DNA from: Candidatus Ferrigenium bremense
Lineage (GTDB): Bacteria; Pseudomonadota; Gammaproteobacteria; Burkholderiales; Gallionellaceae
Direction: 5' to 3'
Length of the DNA stretch: 64,000 nt
Assembly (NCBI GenBank): GCA_019449635.1
Contig: JAGRPI010000002.1
Location: 21,749-85,748, forward strand
How positions within the stretch are numbered: position 1 is the stretch's first letter; the number at the start of each line of letters is the position of its first letter. The translations under genes were made by a program, and so were the position numbers. Below the pieces are notes generated by a model. That model worked only from the letters and a program-made list of their open reading frames with translations. It was not told where the DNA came from and searched no databases. Below, one piece after another: positions 29,472 to 38,754 of the stretch.

Positions 29472-31193
29472 ATGAAAAGACCCGTTGATCTGGTTTTCCT
29501 CTGGCATATGCATCAGCCGGATTACCGCGATTATTCCAGCGGCGATTTCGTGCTGCCGTGGACTTATTTGCATGCCATCAAGGATTACACCGATATGGCA
29601 TATCACCTTGAGCGACACCCCAAGGCGCGCGCCGTGGTGAATTTCGTGCCGATATTGCTCGACCAGCTGGAAGACTACGCAGATCAGTTTGCCACCGGGC
29701 AGTTACGCGATCCCTTGTTGCGTTTGCTGGCACATGAGAACCATTCCGAACTGTCTTCGGAACAGCGGCAATTAGTGCTTAACGCGTGCTTTCGCAGCAA
29801 CCACACCAAGATGATCGCGCCTTTTCCGGCGTATAAGCGCTTGCTGGAGATTTACAACCGGCTGCACCCTGACGGAGAGGTTGCGCTGTCCTATTTGTCG
29901 GGGCAGTACATGACCGACTTGCTGACCTGGTATCACCTGACCTGGTGCGGCGAGAGCGTGCGGCGCGAACACGTACTGGTGGCCAAATTGATGAGCAAGG
30001 CAGAAGGGTTCGGCTCTGAAGACCGCAAGCAATTGCTCGATCTCATCGGCAAACTGATCGCCGGCATCATTCCGCGCTATCGCAAGCTGGCCGAAGCTGG
30101 GCAAATCGAAATATCCGCCACGCCGTACTACCACCCGCTGGCGCCGCTACTGATTGATTTTGCCAGCGCCAAGGAAACCATGCCCGATGCGCCATTGCCC
30201 AAGTCGCCGCATTACCCCAAGGGGCGGCTGCGCGTGACTGAGCATGTCCGGCTGGCGAAGAAAAGCCATCGCGAGCGTTTTGGTGCCGAACCGCAGGGAA
30301 TATGGCCGGCAGAAGGATCGATTTCATCGGAAACGCTGGAAGTGCTGGCTGCCGAGGGCTGCCGTTGGACAGCCAGCGGCGAGAGCGTGCTGGTCAACAG
30401 CCTGCGCCAGACACAACACGCCGTTCCGGCTCGTGCCCAATACTTGTACCGGCCTTATCGTTTGGAGAAGGGCGGCGATGGTTTGCAGTGTTTCTTCCGC
30501 GATGATCGTTTGTCCGACCTGATCGGTTTTGAATATTCACGCTGGCACGGCAAAGACGCCGCAAATCATTTCATCGATCAAATCGTGGGCATCGCACAAC
30601 AGGCCGCAGAAAATGAGACACCCGTGGTGAGTGTGATTCTCGATGGCGAAAACGCCTGGGAATATTACCCTTACAACGGCTTCTATTTCATCGATGAGCT
30701 TTATACGGCTCTCGAAACCCATGGGCAGATACGCACCACCACTTACAGCGATTATCTCAATAAACAAAATATGGCTCGCCCTGCGACTGATTATGCCCGT
30801 ACGCACAGCCTTGGGAATATCGTGGCGGGTAGCTGGGTTTATGGCAACTTCTCGACTTGGATAGGCTCGCCTGACAAGAATCGCGCATGGGACCTGCTGT
30901 GCGTCGCCAAGCAAAGCTTCGATATGGTCATGTCCAGCGGCCGGCTCAGCCCAGCCGAACAGAAAGCGGCTGAAAGGCAGCTTTGCTCTTGCGAAAGCTC
31001 CGATTGGTTCTGGTGGTTTGGCGATTACAACCCCGCAAACTCGGTAGCCAGCTTCGATCGTCTGTTCCGCCACAACCTGACCGAATTGTATCGCCTGCTG
31101 AAATTGCCGCCCCCGATGAGTCTGCTGGAGCCAGTCAGCTTGGGTGGCGGATCCCCCGAGGCAGGTGGCGCGATGCGGCGCGCTTCCGAGTAA
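29472..31193 (+). CDS. Glycoside hydrolase family 57 protein
   Basis: WHMHQP, WPAEG, ILDGENAWE, ESSDWFWW GH57 motifs. Confidence 0.92.
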   Translation: MKRPVDLVFLWHMHQPDYRDYSSGDFVLPWTYLHAIKDYTDMAYHLERHPKARAVVNFVPILLDQLEDYADQFATGQLRDPLLRLLAHENHSELSSEQRQLVLNACFRSNHTKMIAPFPAYKRLLEIYNRLHPDGEVALSYLSGQYMTDLLTWYHLTWCGESVRREHVLVAKLMSKAEGFGSEDRKQLLDLIGKLIAGIIPRYRKLAEAGQIEISATPYYHPLAPLLIDFASAKETMPDAPLPKSPHYPKGRLRVTEHVRLAKKSHRERFGAEPQGIWPAEGSISSETLEVLAAEGCRWTASGESVLVNSLRQTQHAVPARAQYLYRPYRLEKGGDGLQCFFRDDRLSDLIGFEYSRWHGKDAANHFIDQIVGIAQQAAENETPVVSVILDGENAWEYYPYNGFYFIDELYTALETHGQIRTTTYSDYLNKQNMARPATDYARTHSLGNIVAGSWVYGNFSTWIGSPDKNRAWDLLCVAKQSFDMVMSSGRLSPAEQKAAERQLCSCESSDWFWWFGDYNPANSVASFDRLFRHNLTELYRLLKLPPPMSLLEPVSLGGGSPEAGGAMRRASE

Positions 31194-31239
31194 GCGTGGT
31201 CGGAACAGCATTTCCTAATAATCGAATCGTGATACCCCT

Positions 31240-32745
31240 ATGTTAGATATGCGAGCAAGCGGCATATTGCTTCATCCCACTTCGCTTCCCGGCAGGTTCG
31301 GTGCTGGCGACCTTGGGGCGGATGCGTACCGGTTTGTCGATTGGCTGAAAAGTGCCGGTCAGACCTATTGGCAGGTTCTGCCACTGGGCGAAATCGGCCC
31401 CGGTAACTCTCCGTACATGAGCAAATCTGCCTTTGCCGGTAATGTCCTGCTTATCGACCTTGACGAGTTAGCCAGGTACGGGTGGCTGAACCAGAGCGAT
31501 TTGGAACCCCTTCCGGAATTCAATGCCAATCAGGTCGATTTTACCCTGATGCGACCCTTCCACATGGAACGCCTGCGCCGTGCTGCAAAGAGATTCTTTT
31601 TATTAAACAATGAAATGCAGTATGAATATAAAGAGTTCTGTAATGACGAAAAAGTCTGGCTTGATGATTACGCTCTGTTCATGGCAATCGCCGAACATCA
31701 CAACCATCAGGAATGGACTCTCTGGCCAACCGAGCTGGTTCACCGGGACAATCAGGCGTTAAGCAGGGCGAGGAGGGAGTATGCCGATGAGATTGGCTTC
31801 TGGAAATTCTGCCAATGGCGTTTCGCGCACCAGTGGTTCCGCTTGAAAGAATACGCCAACTCGCACGGGATTTGGATTATCGGCGACGTGCCGATATTTG
31901 TCGCCCACCAATGTGCCGACGTGTGGGCACATCAGGAATTATTCAAACTGGATGAAAACGGGTACCCATTGGTGGTTGCCGGGGTGCCGCCCGATTATTT
32001 CAGCGAGACAGGGCAGCTATGGGGAAACCCCGTCTACCACTGGGAAACCCACGAAAAGACAGGTTTTGCATGGTGGGTGGCGCGTATGCGGCATGCGCTA
32101 CACCTTGCCGATCTTGTACGCGTCGACCATTTCCGGGGATTTGCCGCCTATTGGGAGATACCCGCGGATGCGCCCAATGCCATCGACGGAAAATGGGTGC
32201 CCGTTCCCGGAGATAAGCTTTTAAATGCGCTGCAGCAAAGCTTCCCATATCTGCCTATCATCGCAGAGGATCTGGGGGTGATTACCCCTGATGTGATCGA
32301 ACTTCGCGACAAATTCAGACTTCCCGGCATGCGGGTTCTGCATTTCGCCTTTGCAGAGGGCGAAGCCAACCATTTTCTGCCGCATCACTATATTCAGAAT
32401 ACCGTTGCTTATACTGGAACCCATGACAACGATACAACCGTGGGATGGTGGAATTCGGTATCCGCCAATGAAAAAGCCTACGCGCAACAGTACCTGAAGA
32501 GCGATGGCCACGCTATTCAGTGGGATATGATGCGGGCACTCTCAGGCTCGGTGGCGAATACTGTCATTTTTCCCATGCAGGATGTCCTCGGATTGTCCAG
32601 CGAACACCGAATGAACTTTCCGGGTCATCCAGCGGGGAATTGGGAATGGCGCTTCTCATGGCCACAAGTCAGGCAGGAACATACTCAAAAACTGGCCAGG
32701 ATGACTGCCGAGTATGAGCGGCTTTCTTATGGCCTGCAGTCTTGA
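31240..32745 (+). CDS. malQ: 4-alpha-glucanotransferase (GH77)
   Basis: RASGILLHPTSLP, VRVDHFRGF, AEDLG, YTGTHDNDT motifs. Confidence 0.97.
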   Translation: MLDMRASGILLHPTSLPGRFGAGDLGADAYRFVDWLKSAGQTYWQVLPLGEIGPGNSPYMSKSAFAGNVLLIDLDELARYGWLNQSDLEPLPEFNANQVDFTLMRPFHMERLRRAAKRFFLLNNEMQYEYKEFCNDEKVWLDDYALFMAIAEHHNHQEWTLWPTELVHRDNQALSRARREYADEIGFWKFCQWRFAHQWFRLKEYANSHGIWIIGDVPIFVAHQCADVWAHQELFKLDENGYPLVVAGVPPDYFSETGQLWGNPVYHWETHEKTGFAWWVARMRHALHLADLVRVDHFRGFAAYWEIPADAPNAIDGKWVPVPGDKLLNALQQSFPYLPIIAEDLGVITPDVIELRDKFRLPGMRVLHFAFAEGEANHFLPHHYIQNTVAYTGTHDNDTTVGWWNSVSANEKAYAQQYLKSDGHAIQWDMMRALSGSVANTVIFPMQDVLGLSSEHRMNFPGHPAGNWEWRFSWPQVRQEHTQKLARMTAEYERLSYGLQS

Positions 32746-32757
32746 TAGGCGAGAAGC

Positions 32758-32943
32758 TTACGGGGGACACATGGTTTGAAAGATTGGGAAAACCCCAAAA
32801 AATTCTGGGATAAGCAGGGATTACGCTGGTTTTAGCGGGATGGGCATCAATTTTGGGTTTGAAAGATTTCCGGCAAAAATCGAACAAATTATGGCTGGCG
32901 CGGACATGTTGCGACAATCGCGGACACTTGGTTTGAAATATTT
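32758..32943 (+). repeat. Left end with three spaced 22-bp transposase sites
   Basis: GGACACATGGTTTGAAAGATTG (32765-32786), partial CAATTTTGGGTTTGAAAGATTT (32848-32869), GGACACTTGGTTTGAAATATTT (32922-32943). Confidence 0.85.
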
Positions 32944-33162
32944 CCAACACCTTGGAAGCCGCGCCATTATTGGCATCAATAGAAAATCGAGAGGTGAAAA
33001 CAGCAGAAATTGCCGCATGGAATTTACGCGGACATGCGGACATATCGCGGACATTTGTAAAAAACATGTCCGCGCCTCTGTAAACCGCATCAATTCTAGG
33101 TTTCGAGTAGTCTCAAAGAGCAGTCAGAATAAATTGGCTCATGCGGACATTTACGCGGACAT
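32900..33162. repeat. Cluster of GCGGACAT octamers
   Basis: Copies at 32900, 33028, 33036, 33047, 33143, 33155 and an inverted one at 33066. Confidence 0.7.
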
Positions 33163-33184
33163 CCTGCATTGCTTCGGTGGCTGC

Positions 33185-33754
33185 CTACGCTGCTTTAATT
33201 GCAGCTTCAATCATGCTCAGCTCAATGCGTTGCCCACTGGCTTGAGCGGCTTTATAGAGGTGCAAAATGACGCGCGCCTTACTGGAGGTCGATAGAGTCA
33301 ATTTTTTTGTGTCTAGGACAAACTCAAGTTTCTCAAGTATATCCTCAAAAAGCCTTTGATCCAGTAGCAATACAGGGCTTTTTTTCAGTAATGTCAGGAC
33401 GGCTGCATCAGCACCATCTTTAGCACTTTCACCGTGCTGGAAGGCTTTGATTTCATCGTATGCCAACCTACAGGCCGCCCCTAATTCTTCATCGTAAGCG
33501 GTAAGCTGCAAAAAAACTTGAATTGAGTTCAGTACACTCCACAGGGCTTGCTCTTTAGTAGGCTCCCCCGTCAACACATAGGAAACATCTAGCTCAACGC
33601 TTGCCCAGGCGGCCAACACGGCGGCATTGGGAAATGCTGTCCCTTTCTCCCACGCAATTTGCGAGCCTTTTGATGCCCCAGCAAGAGCGGCAAAAGCAGC
33701 TTGGGTATAGCCAAGCCGCTTGCGTTCTTTATTGATGCGTTCGCCTATGGTCAT
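33185..33754 (-). CDS. XRE-family HTH repressor (c-like)
   Basis: IGERINKERKRLGYTQAAFAALAGASKGSQIAWEKG; divergent from ner. Confidence 0.9.
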   Translation of the reverse strand: MTIGERINKERKRLGYTQAAFAALAGASKGSQIAWEKGTAFPNAAVLAAWASVELDVSYVLTGEPTKEQALWSVLNSIQVFLQLTAYDEELGAACRLAYDEIKAFQHGESAKDGADAAVLTLLKKSPVLLLDQRLFEDILEKLEFVLDTKKLTLSTSSKARVILHLYKAAQASGQRIELSMIEAAIKAA

Positions 33755-33804
33755 TTTTAACAAATGAAAATCATTTGTGATATGTAAAAAACTAAATAAT
33801 ATAT

Positions 33805-33834
33805 TTGCACAGGTTGATTATTCTGAACTATTAT
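33805..33834 (+). promoter_or_regulatory. Candidate early promoter
   Basis: TTGCAC-18 nt-TATTAT upstream of ner. Confidence 0.4.
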
Positions 33835-33873
33835 TCCCGTATTGTCGGGAATGTTACCACTTAAGGAGCCATT

Positions 33874-34077
33874 ATGCGCGAGTTAAAAACCCTTGAACAA
33901 GCCAGGAATGAATTCAATTATCGCGGCGAATCCGTGACCGGATGGGCGCGTAAGCATGGATTCAACCCGGAAAGCGTTAAGAAGGTGCTGCACGGAAAGT
34001 CCAAATGTTTGCGCGGCAACGCCCACAATATCGCCGTTTCGCTGGGTATTAAATATGGCGTGATAGTCGAAAGCTGA
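33874..34077 (+). CDS. Ner-like DNA-binding protein
   Basis: RGESVTGWARKHGF...GNAHNIAVSLGIK; Mu Ner position; AAGGAG RBS. Confidence 0.85.
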   Translation: MRELKTLEQARNEFNYRGESVTGWARKHGFNPESVKKVLHGKSKCLRGNAHNIAVSLGIKYGVIVES

Positions 34078-34081
34078 CACC

Positions 34082-36103
34082 TTGAAATCGTCCGCAAATA
34101 TCTTACTGACCGCAGCCGATGCCGCGCAGCTTTGCAGGCTGTCAGTTCGCCACATACGCCGCCATTGCACAGCCGGAAAATACACCGGCGTAATCAAACA
34201 AACAGACGGCTGGATTATCCCGCTGAACTCCCTGCCAACAGCCGCGCAACTGCAATACATGGACGCGCAGCCTGCCACGGAAGCAAGCACGCCGCTTGCC
34301 GGATTGCCCGTTGTTGCTACAGTCCCCGCCGCCATTGATGCCGACGCGATGCACCTGGCATACCGCCGCGCCCCGAAAAAATCCAAAGCCCGCGCGGATC
34401 GGCTATGCGCCGCCGTGATGGAGTTTGAAGAACTCCGCGCAACGGGCGAAACAAAGAGCAATGCCGAAGCCCACGTTAAGGCCGCATACAATATTTCCCC
34501 GGCGACGCTATGGCGCGCCCGCGACGTGGTGAAAGGATGGTCGCGCGAATTGTGGGCGGCGTTGCTGTTGCCCTGTTACAAAGGCCGTACCAAAGAGGCC
34601 GAATTAACGGGGGATGCGTGGGAATGGATACAAGCCCGCTGGCTTTCCACATCAGAGCCGCCCGCGCACGTTGTCATCAAGGAAGCCAGGAAAGAAGGCA
34701 AAGCGCGCGGCTGGGCGCTTCCATCGGATAAAACCATCATCCGCAAACTCAACGCCATGCCTGCGCCAATTGTCTTGCTGGGGCGCAAGGGCAAAGAGGT
34801 TTTCGACGCGACGTTCCCGGCAGCGGAGCGGGACTTTGCGGCGTACGGCCTGCATGAAGTCTGGGTGTCCGATGGGCGGCGCGTGGACGTATTTTGTCGC
34901 TGGCCGGATGGCACGGTAAGCCGCCCGTTTATCGTGGCATGGTGCGATATGCGCACCCGCAAGGTGCTGGGCACGCGCGGCGGAGTAAATCCATCCGGCA
35001 ATCTCACTCTGGCTTCATTCCATGCAGCCCTGTCGCGCGCAGGTATCAAACCCAAGCGCGCCCTGTTGGACAATGGCCACGAGTATGCCGCAAAGTCTGT
35101 AACGGGCGGGCAGAAGACGCGTTACCGCTTCAAAATAAAAGAGGGTGAACCCATCGGCGCGTTGACGCGCATGGATGTTACAGCGGACTGGGCGCGCCCC
35201 TATCGCGGGCAGGAAAAACCCATTGAATCCTTTTGGAAGTACATTGCCAACCACCTGGATAAACTGCCGGAATTCCAGGGTGCATACTGCGGCAAAAATA
35301 CCGTATCCAAGCCGGAAGACTTGGACAGAGGCAAAGCCATTCCGATTGAGATTTACGCCGCCAAGCTGGCGGAAGTGCTGGAAGAATTCAACCGCCGCCC
35401 ACATCGCGGGCGCGGCATGGACGGAAAATCCCCTGCACAGCTTGATGACGAGTTAATGCAAGCTGATCCGCACAAGGAATGGGCGCGTCCTACCGCCGAA
35501 CACCTGCGCTTGCTATGTCTTGAACAACGAACATTAACCCTCAACAACAAGGATGCCAGTATCAGCTTCAAATTTACCGGTTATGGCGAAGTGCGCTATT
35601 GGTCTGAGGTTTTGGCTGATTTGCCAATGGCTGCACGCTCCAAAAAATACGCCGTATTCCACAACCCGGAAGATCCAGACATTCCCGTTGTAATCTATGA
35701 CGGGGAGCGCATGGTATGCGAAGCAGCGCGTATTGGTGCGGTTGGTAGCAAGCAAGCCGCCGCACAGCACTGCATCAACAAAGCAGGATTCAAAAAACCA
35801 CGTGCAGCCGCCTTCAAAACAATCAGGCAAGCAGCACCAATTACATTGCCCACGCCCGCCGCGCCGCTGTCTATCCAGTCCGTCACCATCGAAAAACCTG
35901 CCACCCCGGTAATGCCATCCGAGCCGCCCAAACTAAAGGAATTATCGCCCGGTGTGTGGTATGACCCCGAACAGGGAAAAACTATTGGCAAGGGCAAATC
36001 TGCCAAGCCAACCAGCCAACTGGACGATGAATCAATCGAAAAATACCGGCGCATTAAGGAAGCGCGCGAAAGCGAACGCATGAAGCGTTTCGGTACGGCA
36101 TAA
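34082..36103 (+). CDS. MuA-like DDE transposase
   Basis: N-terminal HTH; WVSDG (D), LLDNGHEY (D), EKPIES (E); C-terminal FNRRPHRG. Confidence 0.92.
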   Translation: MKSSANILLTAADAAQLCRLSVRHIRRHCTAGKYTGVIKQTDGWIIPLNSLPTAAQLQYMDAQPATEASTPLAGLPVVATVPAAIDADAMHLAYRRAPKKSKARADRLCAAVMEFEELRATGETKSNAEAHVKAAYNISPATLWRARDVVKGWSRELWAALLLPCYKGRTKEAELTGDAWEWIQARWLSTSEPPAHVVIKEARKEGKARGWALPSDKTIIRKLNAMPAPIVLLGRKGKEVFDATFPAAERDFAAYGLHEVWVSDGRRVDVFCRWPDGTVSRPFIVAWCDMRTRKVLGTRGGVNPSGNLTLASFHAALSRAGIKPKRALLDNGHEYAAKSVTGGQKTRYRFKIKEGEPIGALTRMDVTADWARPYRGQEKPIESFWKYIANHLDKLPEFQGAYCGKNTVSKPEDLDRGKAIPIEIYAAKLAEVLEEFNRRPHRGRGMDGKSPAQLDDELMQADPHKEWARPTAEHLRLLCLEQRTLTLNNKDASISFKFTGYGEVRYWSEVLADLPMAARSKKYAVFHNPEDPDIPVVIYDGERMVCEAARIGAVGSKQAAAQHCINKAGFKKPRAAAFKTIRQAAPITLPTPAAPLSIQSVTIEKPATPVMPSEPPKLKELSPGVWYDPEQGKTIGKGKSAKPTSQLDDESIEKYRRIKEARESERMKRFGTA

Positions 36104-36121
36104 ACCAACGAAAGGAACGCT

Positions 36122-37159
36122 ATGCAAGATACTGAAACGAAAGACGTGTATGGTGAATACAAAAAACGCTGGAAACAGCTCACCGACCGTGTTGCCGACG
36201 AATTGGCGCAAGGCTTCACGCTGAACAGAATCGTTATCGAAGCGGAGTTACATCTGATTGGCGGTGGCGGATCATGTGCCCTGGATCGCCTACGCGCCTG
36301 GTTAGAAAGCCCAAATGCATTGCGCGGCGAAAGCCGCTACGTCGGGCAATTAAGCGTAGCCGACGAAATGGAGAAAAAACTGTCCGCGTGGTTTGAACAA
36401 TTGGATATTGAGCGTGCTGCCGCCAAAACCACCGCCCCCGCCTTTATCGAAACCGCAGTATCGCGCAAGATATGGAGCAGCTTCGAGCAAGCGCGCGAGT
36501 TGTGCGAACTCATGGAAATATCTGCTCCGCCAGGCACAGGCAAAACACATGCAATTCAGCCCTATCTAGCCCAATGCCGCAAGCGTGAGGGCTTTGGCTG
36601 TCCGGTATGGCACATCACCTTGAGCGAGTTTTCTGTATCGCTCAAAAGCGTGTTGCAACTCATCACCGCCGAAGTGCAGCCGGATCATGCCAGCAGCGGG
36701 CGCGAGGACAAGGACTTTTCCAGCGTGCGCATGATCGAAGAGCACACGGAAGGGCGTGGTGGTCTGTTGATCGTGGACGAAGCGCAGCATATCGGCGATG
36801 CCGACAAACTGCACGGCATCCGCATCCTTAACGGCTTGCGCTACTTCACTGATCGCAAGCTGTTCGGCATCGCCTTCCTGAGCAACGGCGAAATATACCG
36901 CCGCGTAGCAGGCGGTAAACATGGGCAGCTATCCAGCCGCATGGAAGCCTCGCGCGTGGAAATCAAAGGTGTGCCGGATGAAGATGTAGATTTAATCATG
37001 GCCGCGCACTGCATCGGCGGCAAACCAGCGCGCGAATGGTGCCTAAAAAAGGCCAAAGGGGCAGGGGGCTTGCGCGCCCTGACGCGCGCATTCAGCCATG
37101 CCCGGCGCGAATTCGGCGAAGTGAATCACCAAACCTTGACCATGCTGGGAAGGCTGTAA
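36122..37159 (+). CDS. MuB-like AAA+ transposition ATPase
   Basis: Walker A APPGTGKT, Walker B LLIVDEAQH; follows the transposase. Confidence 0.92.
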   Translation: MQDTETKDVYGEYKKRWKQLTDRVADELAQGFTLNRIVIEAELHLIGGGGSCALDRLRAWLESPNALRGESRYVGQLSVADEMEKKLSAWFEQLDIERAAAKTTAPAFIETAVSRKIWSSFEQARELCELMEISAPPGTGKTHAIQPYLAQCRKREGFGCPVWHITLSEFSVSLKSVLQLITAEVQPDHASSGREDKDFSSVRMIEEHTEGRGGLLIVDEAQHIGDADKLHGIRILNGLRYFTDRKLFGIAFLSNGEIYRRVAGGKHGQLSSRMEASRVEIKGVPDEDVDLIMAAHCIGGKPAREWCLKKAKGAGGLRALTRAFSHARREFGEVNHQTLTMLGRL

Positions 37160-37161
37160 CC

Positions 37162-37599
37162 ATGCCCGCCGCGCGCCGTGCCACACTATCCGCCACCTGC
37201 ATCAAGCAAGTCCAGATTGCACGGAAGCGGCTGGATATGAGCGATGCAGATTACCGCGCCTTGTTGCAGCGCGTGGCGGGTGTGTCTTCATCCACCGAAC
37301 TGACACCGGCGGGCTTCGCACTGGTCATGGACGAATTCGCCAGGCTGGGGTTTATCTCTACTGCCCGCCATGAAGCCGCCATGCAGGAAAGCCGCGCGCC
37401 GTGGGCGGCAAGCTACGCGCAGCGCAGCAGGATCGCCGCCATGTGGGACGCGTGGAAAGGCAAGCATGACCCGGATGGTTTGCGCCGCTGGCTGGAACAC
37501 CATCACGGCGTATCTGATGTGCGCTTTTGTTCGGCGGAAAAGGCCAGCAAGATTATCGGCGCACTATCGGGATTCAAGAAAAAACCGGAAACGAATTAG
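37162..37599 (+). CDS. gemA: GemA (Mu gp16)-like protein
   Basis: IKQVQIARKRLDMSDADYRALL...SSTELT...VMDEFARLGF signature. Confidence 0.85.
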   Translation: MPAARRATLSATCIKQVQIARKRLDMSDADYRALLQRVAGVSSSTELTPAGFALVMDEFARLGFISTARHEAAMQESRAPWAASYAQRSRIAAMWDAWKGKHDPDGLRRWLEHHHGVSDVRFCSAEKASKIIGALSGFKKKPETN

Positions 37600-37609
37600 C
37601 TTGAAAAAA

Positions 37610-37687
37610 GGGCGGCGGCGGGACTCGAACCGCGCATAATTCGCTGCTTTCGCAGTGTAGCCATTACCTATCGGCGGACAGCCACCC
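37610..37687 (-). ncRNA. tRNA-like fold 1 (non-canonical)
   Basis: Minus strand: GGGTGGC/GCCGCCC acceptor-like stem, D-like arm GCCG-ATAGGTAA-TGGC, CTGC-GAAA-GCAG in place of an anticodon arm, GGTTCGAGTCC T-loop; a T6 tract follows; no CCA. Confidence 0.55.
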
Positions 37688-38044
37688 AATCGGAACTATA
37701 AGCACGGTTGCCATGACGCGCAACCCACGACCGCTTAAAACGCGATTTAAGCCGTTAAACTTTTTCAGTGGCATCCAGCCATTGCCGCGTCACCGTGCGC
37801 GGCTTCGTAGTGCCTTGCGGTGGTGCTTGCGTCGATATTTAAAAGCGGGAAAGGGTGGGGTTTTGCAACTTTGCCGGAGAATTGGCGGGTGGGGTGTGTA
37901 GCTGCGGGAGTTGATGCTGCGCTTTCACGCCCCCCAACCTAAAACGTCCGAAACGTAACCGCATCTGCTACACGCTGGCAGTATGGCGCAATGCTGCGTT
38001 TACTGCAATTGGTGGGGCTGCGCCTGGTAGCCTTTCATTGATTA

Positions 38045-38128
38045 TTCAAGGCAGCGAGCGGATTCGAACCGCCTCACACAGACCGGAATCTGCCCCGTCA
38101 ACCAGTATTTCGGGTTCTCTGCCTTGAA
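38045..38128 (-). ncRNA. tRNA-like fold 2 (non-canonical)
   Basis: Minus strand: 10-bp TTCAAGGCAG/CTGCCTTGAA closing stem, GGCGG-TTCGAAT-CCGCT T-arm, two internal arms, no 7-nt anticodon loop. Confidence 0.55.
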
Positions 38129-38204
38129 AGTGACCATAACATAGGCTGCCCATCGGAAGCAATCTTACCTTCCGGCCTCTGCTGGTGGCGCACAAAAAAA
38201 CCGC

Positions 38205-38233
38205 TTGATATTTCTCCCGCTAATCCGCAGAAT
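38205..38233 (+). promoter_or_regulatory. Candidate promoter of the C4-controlled operon
   Basis: TTGATA-17 nt-CAGAAT. Confidence 0.45.
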
Positions 38234-38344
38234 GCCAACCGTCACGCAAAACTCGTGATGCGAGTTTAGTAGCTCGGAGTTCAAGGCGGACAACCGCCCC
38301 CAGTGCGGTTTTTTTACGTCCGTAAGCATGGCAGGCCAAGTTTT

Positions 38345-38415
38345 GGCGGGCTGTGCGGGGCATCTTCGGATGCGCCGGTTCCTTGACCCGGTCTACTAAC
38401 CTGCACAGTTCCGCC
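38345..38415 (+). ncRNA. C4-type antisense RNA (P1/P7 c4-like)
   Basis: Three-way fold GGCGGGCTGTGCGGG/CCTGCACAGTTCCGCC, GCATC-TTCG-GATGC and CCGG-loop-CCGG. Unpaired TCCTTGA and CTACTAA match target pairs upstream (38264-38286) and downstream (38421-38461). Confidence 0.8.
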
Positions 38416-38469
38416 TCCTCGTTTAGTAGCGGGGGAGCGGGAAATTCAAACCGTTCAAGGAGAATTACC

Positions 38470-38754
38470 ATGACTCAAGCCACACTAGGCGCAACCGCGC
38501 CCGTTCTGATTCACCCCCAAACCCAAACCCTCGCGCATCACAACATCGCGCAATATCGCGCCATTAAGTTTGTATCTGACCGCATCGCGGAAGCGGACGC
38601 ATCGCAATGGCATGGCGGCTATATCCACGGCCTGATTCAAGCCCTGACCATGACAAGCACGATCACCGTTGAACAGGCCAGCAAGCTGGAGCAGGCGCAA
38701 GAACAAGCATCCTGCAAAACCTTCAACCGCCGCGCGGCAGGGGGTGCAGCATGA
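38470..38754 (+). CDS. Hypothetical protein (94 aa), first gene under C4 control
   Basis: AAGGAG RBS overlapped by the C4 target TCAAGGA; ATGA overlap with the next gene. Confidence 0.7.
   Translation: MTQATLGATAPVLIHPQTQTLAHHNIAQYRAIKFVSDRIAEADASQWHGGYIHGLIQALTMTSTITVEQASKLEQAQEQASCKTFNRRAAGGAA

Noticed and set aside
37610-38128. Canonical tRNA genes
   Set aside because: No 7-nt anticodon loops, irregular arm spacing and no CCA; kept as tRNA-like folds only.
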